Origin: a candidate division FCPU426 bacterium
GTDB taxonomy: Bacteria > Oederibacteriota > PGYV01 > Palsa-1178
NCBI GenBank assembly: GCA_963840035.1
Contig: CAWIXE010000003.1
Location: 1-64,000 of the forward strand
Reading direction: 5' to 3'
DNA: 64,000 nucleotides
Numbering within the stretch: the first letter of the stretch is position 1; every line of letters begins with the position of its first letter. Made by a program: the position numbers and the translations under genes. A model generated the notes under the pieces. It did not search any database. It saw only the letters and a program-made list of their open reading frames with translations, and was not told the DNA's origin. Positions 41,772 through 51,880 of this stretch are shown here, piece by piece.

Positions 41772-42626
41772 ATGGAAAATCTATTCGACAGAGGCAAAGA
41801 CACAGCATGGTGTCCCGGATGCGGGAATTTCGGAATCAGGAACATAATGCTTAAAGCCATTGCCGAGCTCGGGTTAAAACAGGAAGAGGTTGTTTTTGCC
41901 TCCGGCATAGGCCAGGCTGCCAAGGCGCCTCAATACTATAATGCCAGCTATTTTAACGGGCTTCACGGCAGGTCATTGCCGGCAGCCGCGGGAATCAAGG
42001 CCGCGAATCCAAATGTAAAGCTTATTGTGGAAAGCGGCGACGGCGACATGTACGGCGAGGGAGGGAACCATTTCATCCACGCCATCAGGAGGAACCCGGA
42101 CATAACAGTGGTCGTACATAATAATATGGTTTACGGCCTGACCAAAGGCCAGGCTTCACCGACATCATCCATAGGCATGCGTACTCCCATACAGGTGAAC
42201 GGCGTTTTTGAAACACCGATAAACCCTATAGCACTTGCCATATCGCTTAACGCTTCTTTTGTGGCGCGCGGTTCCGCAGGGGAGCAGGAGCGGACAAAAG
42301 AAATCATAAAACAGGCCATAAACCACAGGGGCTTTGCGCTTGTGGATGTTTTCCAGGCGTGTATTTCCTTCAATAAGATAAACACGTTCAAATGGTTTAA
42401 AGAGCACACATATTTTCTGGAAGAAGGGTATGACCCCGGCAACAGGGAAGCGGCGTTTAAGCGCGCGCTTGAAACAGACCCCATGCCGCTGGGCATATTT
42501 TATAAGAACGCCGCACTGCCGGTTTTTGAGGACAACCTCGCGCCGTATAAGACGGATAAAACACCGCTTTACAAGAGGGCAAACGGTTTAAGAATTGCCG
42601 AAGAAATACTTAATTCAAAAAAGTAA
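41772..42626 (+). CDS. korB: 2-oxoacid:ferredoxin oxidoreductase, beta subunit
   Basis: [48 protein letters not shown]. Confidence 0.9.
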   Translation: MENLFDRGKDTAWCPGCGNFGIRNIMLKAIAELGLKQEEVVFASGIGQAAKAPQYYNASYFNGLHGRSLPAAAGIKAANPNVKLIVESGDGDMYGEGGNHFIHAIRRNPDITVVVHNNMVYGLTKGQASPTSSIGMRTPIQVNGVFETPINPIALAISLNASFVARGSAGEQERTKEIIKQAINHRGFALVDVFQACISFNKINTFKWFKEHTYFLEEGYDPGNREAAFKRALETDPMPLGIFYKNAALPVFEDNLAPYKTDKTPLYKRANGLRIAEEILNSKK

Positions 42627-42684
42627 GGAACAAATGCAAATACCGGGTGTTGCCACACGTTTTCGCATAAGCTTCAACGTGCAT

Positions 42685-42753
42685 GGCCGGCTCACCCCTA
42701 CGAAACCGGGGCATGTTTTCACGCCTTCGTAGGGGCGAGCCGGTGGCTCGCCC
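42685..42753. repeat. Back-to-back GTAG-type REP pair
   Basis: GGCCGGCTCACCCCTAC .. GTAGGGGCGAGCCGGTGGCTCGCCC. Confidence 0.7.
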
Positions 42754-42778
42754 GGACTTTCAACGCAGGAGGTTTAAC

Positions 42779-43243
42779 ATGGGACGTATTAAGGTCGGCG
42801 ACAAATTCGGGGATTTTATGCTGAAAAACCAGAGCGACCTGGAGATAGACACGGCGGGAATTGAGGACAAAAAAATCCTGCTTTCATTCCACCCGCTGGC
42901 ATGGACAAGCGTTTGCGCAAAGCAGATGCAGTCGCTCGAGGACAAATACGAGGGCTTCGCTGATTTGAATACCATACCCTTAGGCATCTCCATTGACACC
43001 TCGCCGAGCAAAAAAGCGTGGGCCGAGAGCCTCGGCATAGAACAGCTCGACCTGCTTGCTGATTTCTGGCCGCACGGGGAATTAGCCTCCAGGATGGGGA
43101 TTTTCCTGGATAAGTTCGGTTTTTCGGAAAGGGCGAACATAATCCTGGATGAACAGCGCAAGGTCATATTTGTGAAAGTTTACCCGATAAAAGAACTGCC
43201 GGATGTAAAGGAACTCCTGGAGTTCCTTAAAAAATCAAAGTAA
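42779..43243 (+). CDS. Peroxiredoxin, AhpE-like
   Basis: FHPLAWTSVC (PxxxTxxC), LLADFWPHG, SERANII. Confidence 0.85.
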   Translation: MGRIKVGDKFGDFMLKNQSDLEIDTAGIEDKKILLSFHPLAWTSVCAKQMQSLEDKYEGFADLNTIPLGISIDTSPSKKAWAESLGIEQLDLLADFWPHGELASRMGIFLDKFGFSERANIILDEQRKVIFVKVYPIKELPDVKELLEFLKKSK

Positions 43244-43257
43244 GCACAGGAGGAAAT

Positions 43258-43632
43258 ATGAAAAGAATTTTGTTAGCGCTTATTTTTATGCTGTCCGTTT
43301 TAGCCGCAGCCGTTGCCACACCGCCCAGTGACATTATAATCACTTTTGACCTGTCAAAATCCATGGTATTTGCCGATATCATTCACGAGACCAAGGCGCC
43401 GAAGGACCATTATATCTACATGGTACAGGTCAATATCAACGGAAAAAAAGCCATAAAGCAGGAGATGACCGAACAGCTCAATTCCGCCCTGCAGAAAGTG
43501 GCTTACATCATCCCCGGCTTGAAAGCGGGGGATAAGGTTTCTGTCGACGCCGACTGCAATAAGTACGGTGATCTGACCGTGGAAGCGGTGGCGAAAGACG
43601 CTCCGGCAAAAAAAGACAAAAAGAAGAAATAA
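43258..43632 (+). CDS. Exported small beta protein, superoxide-reductase (Ig)-fold-like
   Basis: Signal peptide; IIHET..DHYI..CNKYG resembles the HPM..HWI..CNKHG pattern of Dfx; Lys-rich tail. Confidence 0.5.
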   Translation: MKRILLALIFMLSVLAAAVATPPSDIIITFDLSKSMVFADIIHETKAPKDHYIYMVQVNINGKKAIKQEMTEQLNSALQKVAYIIPGLKAGDKVSVDADCNKYGDLTVEAVAKDAPAKKDKKKK

Positions 43633-43641
43633 GGGGATGAC

Positions 43642-44403
43642 ATGAAAAAAACAATTGCGTTGGTCATTGCCTTCATGCTGGCGGCGGTATTTATTTTCGC
43701 GGAACAGTACGAGAACCCGATGCTTAACATGACGGTCCCGTCGGGGCTGGAAGACGGGCAGGCGTACATAGTCATCAACCATATGTTCTTAAGCACCCTG
43801 CATGACTATCCCACGGACGACTTTTATGCCGTCTTCGACGGAGGCGCTAACTTTGGGCTGGGTTTCAGGTACATGATAGGCTGGGGCATAGAGGCAAAGG
43901 CCGGTTATACCACGAAAAACAGGGAGCAGTCAGCGGGCTTAAGCTACACCTTTAAAGCGCCTAAACTGTTCTTTAACGCGCAGGCGGATGTGAGTTTCTT
44001 TTCATACAGGGATTTTGTGCACTCCAACTACGACCAGAACCTCTTTTACCTGCTTTCTTTGCAGAGCGTGCCTTTGCTTGACGACATTTTTGTCCTGTCA
44101 GTGGACGCGGGATATGACGGGTATAACCAGAATTTCGGGATGTCAGTGGGATTAAGCGCCGAAGTCCTTAAGCACCTGAGGGTGATTGCCGAATACTACC
44201 CGGTCTTTAAAGGGCCTGACGCGAGCCCTCTCATCGGGAATACGGGCTACTTTTCTTTCGGCCTCAAATACGACACTTTCGGGCACCAGTTTATACTCAG
44301 GGCTGGGAATTCATCCGATATAGGGACCCGGGTGCTGATGCTTGGCACAAATAAGCAGGATATTTATGTGGGGCTTACAATTATGAGGCTGATAGCATTT
44401 TAA
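43642..44403 (+). CDS. DUF5777-like outer-membrane beta-barrel, copy 1
   Basis: Signal peptide; INHMF; alternating beta strands; FGLKYDTFGHQFILRAGNS; terminal Phe. Confidence 0.7.
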   Translation: MKKTIALVIAFMLAAVFIFAEQYENPMLNMTVPSGLEDGQAYIVINHMFLSTLHDYPTDDFYAVFDGGANFGLGFRYMIGWGIEAKAGYTTKNREQSAGLSYTFKAPKLFFNAQADVSFFSYRDFVHSNYDQNLFYLLSLQSVPLLDDIFVLSVDAGYDGYNQNFGMSVGLSAEVLKHLRVIAEYYPVFKGPDASPLIGNTGYFSFGLKYDTFGHQFILRAGNSSDIGTRVLMLGTNKQDIYVGLTIMRLIAF

Positions 44404-44415
44404 GAAGGAGGAACA

Positions 44416-44976
44416 ATGAAAAAAATATTTGCCGCCTTTTTGCTATTAATACTGTCAGGGTTTGTATTTTCCTGCTCAACGCATAAAAATGAGCCGGCCG
44501 CTCCTGTGATACCGACTCCTGATATTAACGGTTATTACGGCGCGACATCAGCCGGCGCAACCTTCAAATGGAAGATCAACGGTTTAAGGCTGGACTGTAA
44601 GCTCAGCGCCGCCACCACAGGCTGGATCGGCATAGGGTTCGGTCCGGACGGCACCATGGCGAACGCGCAGAATTTTATCATGGGATATGTCACCTCGGGA
44701 AATATCGCCACCATAAGCGATATGCATACTTCGGGCCACGCCGCGCCTTCGCCTGATGCTATGCAGAACATCATAAACCCGGCAGGCACGGAGTCGGCCG
44801 GCGTTACGGAGCTTACTTTTACCATACCGCTAGATTCAGGCGACAGTGAAGACATGGTCCTTACCCCAAACATGAGCGTCTGGCTGCTATTCGCGGCCGG
44901 GCCCAATGGAGCGGATGATTTTACAACTCCGCACGGGTCGTCGGGGTACGGCGCTTTACAGATTACATTGTATTAA
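44416..44976 (+). CDS. DOMON-domain lipoprotein, copy 1
   Basis: Lipobox-like FVFSC, Pro linker, TTGWIGIGFG..GTMANA..IMGYV, LTFTIPLDSGD, DFTTPH. Confidence 0.82.
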   Translation: MKKIFAAFLLLILSGFVFSCSTHKNEPAAPVIPTPDINGYYGATSAGATFKWKINGLRLDCKLSAATTGWIGIGFGPDGTMANAQNFIMGYVTSGNIATISDMHTSGHAAPSPDAMQNIINPAGTESAGVTELTFTIPLDSGDSEDMVLTPNMSVWLLFAAGPNGADDFTTPHGSSGYGALQITLY

Positions 44977-45000
44977 AATTTAAAATAGGAGAAAACAAAA

Positions 45001-45561
45001 ATGGTTAAAAAAATTATACTTATATTTTTATCAGCACTTCTTATTTTTTTAGTCTCATGCACAAAAGCTTCATCCCCGGGAGAACCCTCCACACCGCCTA
45101 CGCCGGATGTTAACGGGTATTACACCGTGTCAGCCGCGGGAGTGACTTTTAAATGGAAGGTAAACGGAGCAAACCTCGACTGCAAATTAAGTGCGGCAAC
45201 CACGGGCTGGGTGGGAGTAGGGTTCGGTACAACCGGGAACATGATAGATGCAAAAGATTTTGTTATGGGCTATGTAACAGGCGGGACTACAGCGACAATC
45301 AGCGACAGGCATGCGGATGGATACAACCCGCCGCCGGTAGATACAGTACAGCACATATCAAACCCCGCAGGTACAGAAGCATCAGGAACAACGGAAATAA
45401 CCTACACAATACCGCTTAATTCATTGGACGCGCAGGACATGGCGCTTACGCAGAACATGAGTTTATGGATTCTGCTCGCGCGTGGGTCAAACGGGGCCGA
45501 TAATTTTACAACCCAGCACGTATCAGGCGGATTTGGCGCCGTACAGACTACACTATACTGA
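45001..45561 (+). CDS. DOMON-domain lipoprotein, copy 2
   Basis: Lipobox LVSC, TTGWVGVGFG..GNMIDA..VMGYV, YTIPLNSLD, NFTTQH; clear paralogue of the upstream gene. Confidence 0.82.
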   Translation: MVKKIILIFLSALLIFLVSCTKASSPGEPSTPPTPDVNGYYTVSAAGVTFKWKVNGANLDCKLSAATTGWVGVGFGTTGNMIDAKDFVMGYVTGGTTATISDRHADGYNPPPVDTVQHISNPAGTEASGTTEITYTIPLNSLDAQDMALTQNMSLWILLARGSNGADNFTTQHVSGGFGAVQTTLY

Positions 45562-45573
45562 TAAGGGGAAAAA

Positions 45574-46386
45574 ATGAAAAAAATCGCGATAACAGCGTTG
45601 TTGGTACTTTTAACGGCAGGAATCTCTGCGGTACAGTATGAGACGCCGCTGCTCGACATGACTGTGCCGTCCGGCCTGACTGACAATTCTTTGTATTTCA
45701 ATTTTGGGCATAAGTTCGGCCAACCGCTTAACGATTATCCATCAAACAATTCTTTCGCGCTGCTGAAAAATGGCGCGACGCTTAACCTCGCGCTGCGGTA
45801 TATGGTGTGGAACGGGATTGAAGCAAAAGCGGCGTATGATTCGCTCGCGGACGAGAAGAATATAGGGTTAAGCTACGCCCGCAAATTCCCTGAGCTGTTT
45901 TTTAGCGCGCAGGCTGACCTGCAGTTTTTCAGCTATGACGATCCGGGAAGGTTCCAGACGGCCAAAAATTTCTTTTACCTGATATCCCTGCAGTCTGTGC
46001 CCCTTGTGGATAACAGGTTTACCATAGCCGTGGACGCCGGATATGACGGATACTTTGACACGACCAGGTTCGCGTTGGGTATAAGCGCGGAAGTAATTAA
46101 GGACGTGGCGCTCGTTTTTGAATACTACCCCCAGCCGCCCGCGCTATCAGCAGGAGACGGTGACGGCGATGAAGACGGCGGCGGAGCCGCGGTTTCAGGG
46201 CCTGCTGTCAATGGCTGCTACAGCATAGGGATAAAGTACGCCACTTATGGACATCAATTCATGCTGAAGTTCGGAAACTCCACTGCCATGGAAACAAGGA
46301 CATTAATGCAGGGGACAACTTCCGAAAATATATACGTGGGCATCAGCATAATGAGGCTGGTGGATTTCATGGAGAAGTCTGAATAA
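45574..46386 (+). CDS. DUF5777-like outer-membrane beta-barrel, copy 2
   Basis: Paralogue of 43642-44403 (QYE.P.L.MTVPSGL, LQSVPL, VDAGYDGY, TYGHQF..GNS); acidic loop insert GDGDGDEDGGG. Confidence 0.7.
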   Translation: MKKIAITALLVLLTAGISAVQYETPLLDMTVPSGLTDNSLYFNFGHKFGQPLNDYPSNNSFALLKNGATLNLALRYMVWNGIEAKAAYDSLADEKNIGLSYARKFPELFFSAQADLQFFSYDDPGRFQTAKNFFYLISLQSVPLVDNRFTIAVDAGYDGYFDTTRFALGISAEVIKDVALVFEYYPQPPALSAGDGDGDEDGGGAAVSGPAVNGCYSIGIKYATYGHQFMLKFGNSTAMETRTLMQGTTSENIYVGISIMRLVDFMEKSE

Positions 46387-46415
46387 GCTATAAATCACCA
46401 TTTAAATAGTAAAAA

Positions 46416-46463
46416 GGCGTATTCAACTATTGTGTGCTTTAGGGTATAATAGTTGAGTACGCC
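46416..46463. promoter_or_regulatory. 16-bp inverted repeat overlapping a TATAAT, upstream of tkt (terminator or operator)
   Basis: GGCGTATTCAACTATT-N16-AATAGTTGAGTACGCC with one mismatch; TATAAT at 46445-46450. Confidence 0.5.
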
Positions 46464-46485
46464 GTTAGTTTTTAAGGTGCTGTCC

Positions 46486-46598
46486 GTCATTGCGAGGAGG
46501 CGTTTTAGTTTTATGCCAACGAAGCAATCTTGTTGTTGTTCAGGGCGAAATCGAGATTGCTTCGTCACCATAAGACAGGAACGGTTCCTCGCAATGAC
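46486..46598. repeat. GTCATTGCGAG-type palindromic element, copy 1
   Basis: GTCATTGCGAGGA..CGAAGCAATC..GAGATTGCTTCG..TCCTCGCAATGAC; second copy at 54284-54397. Confidence 0.85.
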
Positions 46599-46631
46599 AG
46601 CAGTTTAACTGATTTATGACGAAGGAGATAT

Positions 46632-48638
46632 ATGCCAAAGAAAAAGACAAATACAGACCAGCTTTCCATAAACACGCTCCGTCTTTTATCCGTTGACATG
46701 GTGGAAAAGGCCAAGTCGGGCCATCCAGGCATGCCCTTGGGCGCAGCGCCTTTTGTGTATACGCTGTGGTCAAAATTTATCCGTATCTCCCCGCGCAATC
46801 CGAAGTGGTACAACCGCGACAGGTTCATATTATCGGCGGGCCACGGCTGCGCGCTTTTATATTCACTGCTGCATTTATCAGGATTTGACCTTTCCATGGA
46901 TGACCTGAAGGCATTCAGGCAGTGGGGCTCAAAAACCCCGGGACATCCCGAGTACGGACACACTGCGGGCATTGAAGCTACCACCGGGCCGCTCGGCCAG
47001 GGGTTTGCCATGGGCGTGGGAATGGCCATTGCCGAGCGTACAATGGCAAAATGTTTTAACAAGCCGGGATTTAAACTCATAGACCACCACACTTATGCCG
47101 CGGTCTCGGACGGAGACCTCATGGAAGGCATTGCTTCTGAGGCGGCATCCCTTGCCGGAACCATGAAGCTGGGAAAACTGATATATTTATATGATGACAA
47201 TGACATATCCATAGAGGGCAACACAACGCTTGCTTTTACTGAAAACGTGAAAGAGCGCTTTGATTCCTACGGATGGGACACATATACCGTGAAAGACGGA
47301 AATAATATTGAAAATGTGGAAAAGGCCATTGCAAAGGCAAAGGCGCAGGGTAAAAGGCCGTCCCTCATTATAATAAGCACAAGGATAGGATACGGATCGC
47401 CAAAAGCCGGTGACGCGTCGGTGCACGGCGAACCGCTGGGCTGGGACGCGGCGAGGAAGACCAAGGAATTTTTCGGGTTTGACCCCGAGAAAAGTTTTTA
47501 CGTTCCGCAGGAAGCGCAGAAGAACTTTGATAAGCTGAAAAAGAAATGGGCCGCGGAAGAGGCTGCGTGGAATAAATTATTCGCATCTTACAGGGAGCAG
47601 TACCCGAAAGAGGGAAAACTTTTTGAAAAATACATAGTGGGCCACGTAAACAGGAATCTGCAGGCAAATCTCCTGCCGTTTAAGACCACTGACGGGCCGA
47701 TTGCCACAAGGAGCGCTTCGGGTAAAGTCATGAACCAGATAGAACTTTACATGACCGAATTCATAGGCGGCTCGGCTGACCTCGCGCCTTCCACAAAGAC
47801 GCTTTTAAACGGCCACGGCAGTTTCGGCATAGCGGGGCTGCTCGAGCGCAACCTGCACTTCGGGGTGCGCGAGCACGCCATGGGAGCCATAGTAAACGGC
47901 ATGGCACTGCACGGAGGGGTCATACCGTACTCAGCCACCTTCCTTTCATTTTCAGATTACATGAGGCCGGCAATCAGGCTCTCCGCCATAATGCAGTCGC
48001 ACTCCATATTTGTATTCACGCATGATTCCATAGGCTTGGGCGAGGACGGGCCAACGCATCAGCCGGTGGAACACTTAGCGTCGCTCAGGCTGATCCCGGG
48101 GATGACAGTAATAAGGCCCGCCGACGCGAACGAGACTGTGGCGGCATGGTATCACGCCATAATCACAAAGAAACCTTTCATCCTGGTATTTTCCAGGCAG
48201 GACCTGCCCGTGCTTGACGCGGAAAAATATAACATAATCGAGAACGCCCAGAAGGGCGCCTACATACTTGAAGACTGCGCGGGCAAACCCGAGGTGATAC
48301 TTATTGCCACGGGTTCGGAAGTGCACCTGGCCGCTTCAGCTCAGGTTAAGTTAAAGGAAAAGGGAATAAAGACAAGGGTCATATCCATGCCGTCATACGA
48401 GATGTTCATGAACCAGCCCCAGCAGTACAGGGAATCAATAATACCATCCAACGTAAAAAAACGCCTTATCATAGAGGCAGGTTCAACCTCATTCTGGCGC
48501 GCGTTAGCCGGAGAGCAGGGCGACGTGCTTGGAGTGGATACGTTTGGCGCGTCCGCGCCGGGGAAAGTGGTAATGGAGAAATACGGGTTTACGGTTGAGA
48601 GGGTTTTGGATATGGTGTTGGAGATTTTAAAAAGATAG
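46632..48638 (+). CDS. tkt: Transketolase
   Basis: SGHPGMPLG, RDRFILSAGH, TPGHPEY, DGDLMEG, GGSADL, FGVREH, THDSIGLGEDGPTHQP. Confidence 0.97.
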   Translation: MPKKKTNTDQLSINTLRLLSVDMVEKAKSGHPGMPLGAAPFVYTLWSKFIRISPRNPKWYNRDRFILSAGHGCALLYSLLHLSGFDLSMDDLKAFRQWGSKTPGHPEYGHTAGIEATTGPLGQGFAMGVGMAIAERTMAKCFNKPGFKLIDHHTYAAVSDGDLMEGIASEAASLAGTMKLGKLIYLYDDNDISIEGNTTLAFTENVKERFDSYGWDTYTVKDGNNIENVEKAIAKAKAQGKRPSLIIISTRIGYGSPKAGDASVHGEPLGWDAARKTKEFFGFDPEKSFYVPQEAQKNFDKLKKKWAAEEAAWNKLFASYREQYPKEGKLFEKYIVGHVNRNLQANLLPFKTTDGPIATRSASGKVMNQIELYMTEFIGGSADLAPSTKTLLNGHGSFGIAGLLERNLHFGVREHAMGAIVNGMALHGGVIPYSATFLSFSDYMRPAIRLSAIMQSHSIFVFTHDSIGLGEDGPTHQPVEHLASLRLIPGMTVIRPADANETVAAWYHAIITKKPFILVFSRQDLPVLDAEKYNIIENAQKGAYILEDCAGKPEVILIATGSEVHLAASAQVKLKEKGIKTRVISMPSYEMFMNQPQQYRESIIPSNVKKRLIIEAGSTSFWRALAGEQGDVLGVDTFGASAPGKVVMEKYGFTVERVLDMVLEILKR

Positions 48639-48713
48639 TGGTATGTGATAAGTGGTACGTGGTATGTGCAATAAACAGGCCACATAGCACATATCACGCG
48701 CCACATACCACGT
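48638..48713. repeat. Heptamer-periodic inverted repeat (GTGGTAN type)
   Basis: GTGGTAT GTGATAA GTGGTAC GTGGTAT .. CACATAG CACATAT CACGCGC CACATAC CACGT. Confidence 0.8.
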
Positions 48714-48731
48714 CCTTAGGAGGTTTATTTT

Positions 48732-49706
48732 ATGCAAATAGGAATCATCGGGCTTGGCCGTATGGGTGCTAACATGGCGCGCAGGCTCATGGCTGCCGGT
48801 CATGACGTTGTAGCTTACAACCACCATAAACCGAAACTCCGCGAGATAGTTAAGGAAGGCGCCACAGGCTCCACGTCGGTGCATGACCTCATAAAAAAAC
48901 TGAAAAAACCGCGAGTTGTGTGGCTCATGCTGCCCGCGGGGCATATCACGGAGAAATTCCTTCACTCAGCCGGCAGCCTGCTTTCAAAAGGCGATATAAT
49001 TATTGAGGGCGGGAACAGTCATTATAAGGAAGATATTAAACGCCACGCTTTTTACTGGAATAAAGGCATCCATTACATGGACGCCGGGGTATCCGGCGGC
49101 ATATGGGGATTGAAAAACGGCTACGCCACCATGGTGGGAGGCGACAGGAACGCGTTTCTCAGGATTGAACCGCTGTTAAGGTCGCTGGCCCCTAAGGGCG
49201 GTTACATGCACTGCGGCGGCCCCGGAGCCGGCCATTTTGTAAAGATGACCCACAATGCAATTGAATACGGCATGATGGAAGCGTATGCCGAGGGGTTTGA
49301 ACTTTTAAAGTCGTCCCCTTACGCAAAAGGGCTTGACCTCTCCAGGGTGGCCTCCATGTGGAACACGGCAAGCGTGGTAAAGTCATGGCTGCTGGAGCTT
49401 CTCATTAATGTATTCAAAAATCCTAAAGAACTTGAAAGCCTGCGGGGATACGTGGAAGATTCCGGCGAAGCGCGCTGGGCAGTAAAGGAAGGCGTGGACA
49501 ACGGCGTTTCTATGGAAGTCATAACCGCTTCCCTTTATAAGAGGTTCAACTCAAGGCAGAAGGATGTATACGCAAATAAAGTGCTTGCGGCTCTAAGGAA
49601 CGAGTTTGGCGGGCACATGACTTTAAAGGCCGGGGATAAGATAAAGGTTTCATCGGCCGGCGCGGGCAGTACATCGCACGCGAAGCCTGACAGGAAGCAC
49701 GCGTAA
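48732..49706 (+). CDS. gnd: 6-phosphogluconate dehydrogenase (decarboxylating, short type)
   Basis: IGLGRMGANM, EGGNS, DAGVSGG, GHFVKMTHNAIEYG, DSGEARW, ALRNEFGGH. Confidence 0.95.
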   Translation: MQIGIIGLGRMGANMARRLMAAGHDVVAYNHHKPKLREIVKEGATGSTSVHDLIKKLKKPRVVWLMLPAGHITEKFLHSAGSLLSKGDIIIEGGNSHYKEDIKRHAFYWNKGIHYMDAGVSGGIWGLKNGYATMVGGDRNAFLRIEPLLRSLAPKGGYMHCGGPGAGHFVKMTHNAIEYGMMEAYAEGFELLKSSPYAKGLDLSRVASMWNTASVVKSWLLELLINVFKNPKELESLRGYVEDSGEARWAVKEGVDNGVSMEVITASLYKRFNSRQKDVYANKVLAALRNEFGGHMTLKAGDKIKVSSAGAGSTSHAKPDRKHA

Positions 49707-51235
49707 TGGACTTAAAAGCTGATTTTGACATAAAGACATCAGGCGTATGCGAGCTTACAAAGGCCGGCCCGTGCGGTATGGTCATATTCGGCGCCTCCGG
49801 CGACCTTACAAAACGTAAACTCCTTCCATCCATATTTAAACTCCATAAAGCTGGCGCGATTCCCAATAATTTCTTTTTAATGGGCGTGGGCCGCACAAAG
49901 ATGGATGACGCGGCTTTCAGGGCCATGATAAAGGACAGCCTGAAGGATGTTCCCGGAGTAAACGGCGACGCGCTGAATGGATTTTGTTCGAAGTGTTATT
50001 TTATGTCAGGCGAATATAATGACGACGCGCTCTATACTGCCCTGGCAAAAAAAATGGAAAGCCTTGCCGCAACGCACGGTACCATGGGCAATACGGTTTA
50101 TAACATGGCACTGCCGCCGGACGTTTATACTGTCGTCTCTGAAAAACTGGGTAAGAACGGCCTTATAAAAAGAGGGCAGGAATCAGAGCCATTCCATCGG
50201 CTTATGGTTGAAAAGCCGTTTGGCAGGGATTTATCAAGCGCGAGGGAGTTAAATGCGCTCTTATTAAAACACATGACAGACCCGCAGATATACAGGGTGG
50301 ACCATTACCTGGGAAAAAACACAGTGCAGAACATACTTGTCTTCAGGCACGCCAATTTCATTTTTGAGCCGTTGTGGAACGCGGAGTGCATAGACCACGT
50401 GCAGATAACCGTGGCCGAAGATTCAGGGGTCGGCAGCAGGGCCGGTTACTTTGAGAACGCCGGCATGATCAGGGATATGCTGCAGAACCACATACTCCAG
50501 CTGGTAAGCTTAATAGCCATGGAAAAACCAAAGTCCTTAAGCATTGAGGACGTCACGCGCGAGAAAAACCAGGTCTTAAAAGCCATAAGAAAACCTGACA
50601 TGAAAAAACTGGGCGAGACCATGATACGAGGCCAGTACACAGCCGGACTGAACATGCCGGGTTACAGGCAGGAAAAAGGGGTAAGCGAAAAATCCTGCAC
50701 AGAGACATATTTTGCAGCGAAGTTCTTTGTGGATAATAAAAGGTGGAAGAACGTGCCGTTTTACTTAAGATCGGGAAAAAGGCTCAACGCGAAGGAATCA
50801 AAGATAACCATAGTCTTTAAATCAGTCCAGAACTGCCTCTTCTGCAAAAAAGGCGACGAACACCTGCCCAACACCCTGACCTTTTCAATGTTCCCCGAGC
50901 AGGGAGTCTCCATAAAATTCATAGCCAAAGTCCCCGGGGCAAAGATGTGCCTGGCCCCGCTTGACATGAATTTTTCCTACGACAAAGTATTCGGTTCAGT
51001 GGACGTAGACGACTACGGAACCATAATCTTAGACTGCATGACCGGAGACCAGACATCCTTTTGGCGCAAAGACAGCATTGAAGAAGCGTGGGCGATTTTA
51101 ACCCCGGCGCTGCAGAGCTGGGAGAAATGCTCGCTGAAGGAAAAAAGCAAGATGATGTTTTTTTATGAGACAGGAACTGAAGGGCCGAAAGAGGCAAGGG
51201 AATTTATAGGAAAAGACGGAAGAACCTGGATTTAA
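49706..51235 (+). CDS. zwf: Glucose-6-phosphate 1-dehydrogenase
   Basis: IFGASGDLTKRKL, VEKPFG, YRVDHYLGK, RDMLQNH, VPFYLRSGK. Confidence 0.96.
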   Translation: MDLKADFDIKTSGVCELTKAGPCGMVIFGASGDLTKRKLLPSIFKLHKAGAIPNNFFLMGVGRTKMDDAAFRAMIKDSLKDVPGVNGDALNGFCSKCYFMSGEYNDDALYTALAKKMESLAATHGTMGNTVYNMALPPDVYTVVSEKLGKNGLIKRGQESEPFHRLMVEKPFGRDLSSARELNALLLKHMTDPQIYRVDHYLGKNTVQNILVFRHANFIFEPLWNAECIDHVQITVAEDSGVGSRAGYFENAGMIRDMLQNHILQLVSLIAMEKPKSLSIEDVTREKNQVLKAIRKPDMKKLGETMIRGQYTAGLNMPGYRQEKGVSEKSCTETYFAAKFFVDNKRWKNVPFYLRSGKRLNAKESKITIVFKSVQNCLFCKKGDEHLPNTLTFSMFPEQGVSIKFIAKVPGAKMCLAPLDMNFSYDKVFGSVDVDDYGTIILDCMTGDQTSFWRKDSIEEAWAILTPALQSWEKCSLKEKSKMMFFYETGTEGPKEAREFIGKDGRTWI

Positions 51236-51285
51236 GTGGGTGGTGAGTGGTGGGTAGTGCGTGGCAAACAGAAAAATGCGCCCCT

Positions 51286-51374
51286 GTAGGGGCGGACCTG
51301 TGTGTCCGCCCGATAAGGTAGGATTTGTATTGATGTGTTGCATTGATCTTGTAGGGGCGATTCACGAATCGCCC
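51286..51374 (+). repeat. Two tandem GTAG-type REPs
   Basis: GTAGGGGCGGACCTGTGTGTCCGCCC and GTAGGGGCGATTCACGAATCGCCC. Confidence 0.8.
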
Positions 51375-51448
51375 ACAAGCATTAAACGACACCAGTACGG
51401 GAGGTCTTTAATGGATGCCCGTAATGTAATATTCAATAGGAGATCTAA

Positions 51449-51880
51449 ATGAAAAAAATTTTTGTTTTTTTGACAAATGCAATAATATGCCCTATTTTAT
51501 TCATTTCTTGCAGCACGACAAATGAAGTAAAAACAGCCGTTGATAATAAGCCCGCAACAACTATAAGCGTCGACGCAATTATAGATGCAAAAAACATACG
51601 AAGTAATGACGTGGAAGAAAAAATGTATATTTATTACAATACGGATTTTGCTTCGGACGAGTCTAAAGATGACTTTGAAACCATTCAGGACGATCTGCTT
51701 TATTACCTATCATCAGCTGAACGAAAATTAAAAGAAATGAAAGTTGAACTTAGAGAAAAACGCCTGGATAAAAATATTTCAATGTTATTTGTAAAAGGTG
51801 ACAAAACAAAGGAAGCACATAGCGTGTTAGAATCGCAGGAAATCTTTAGATTATTGTCCGATGTTTTTGGGGTGAAATAG
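51449..51880 (+). CDS. AT-rich hypothetical lipoprotein
   Basis: Lipobox-like LFISC; AGGAG RBS; interrupts zwf-pgl. Confidence 0.65.
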   Translation: MKKIFVFLTNAIICPILFISCSTTNEVKTAVDNKPATTISVDAIIDAKNIRSNDVEEKMYIYYNTDFASDESKDDFETIQDDLLYYLSSAERKLKEMKVELREKRLDKNISMLFVKGDKTKEAHSVLESQEIFRLLSDVFGVK

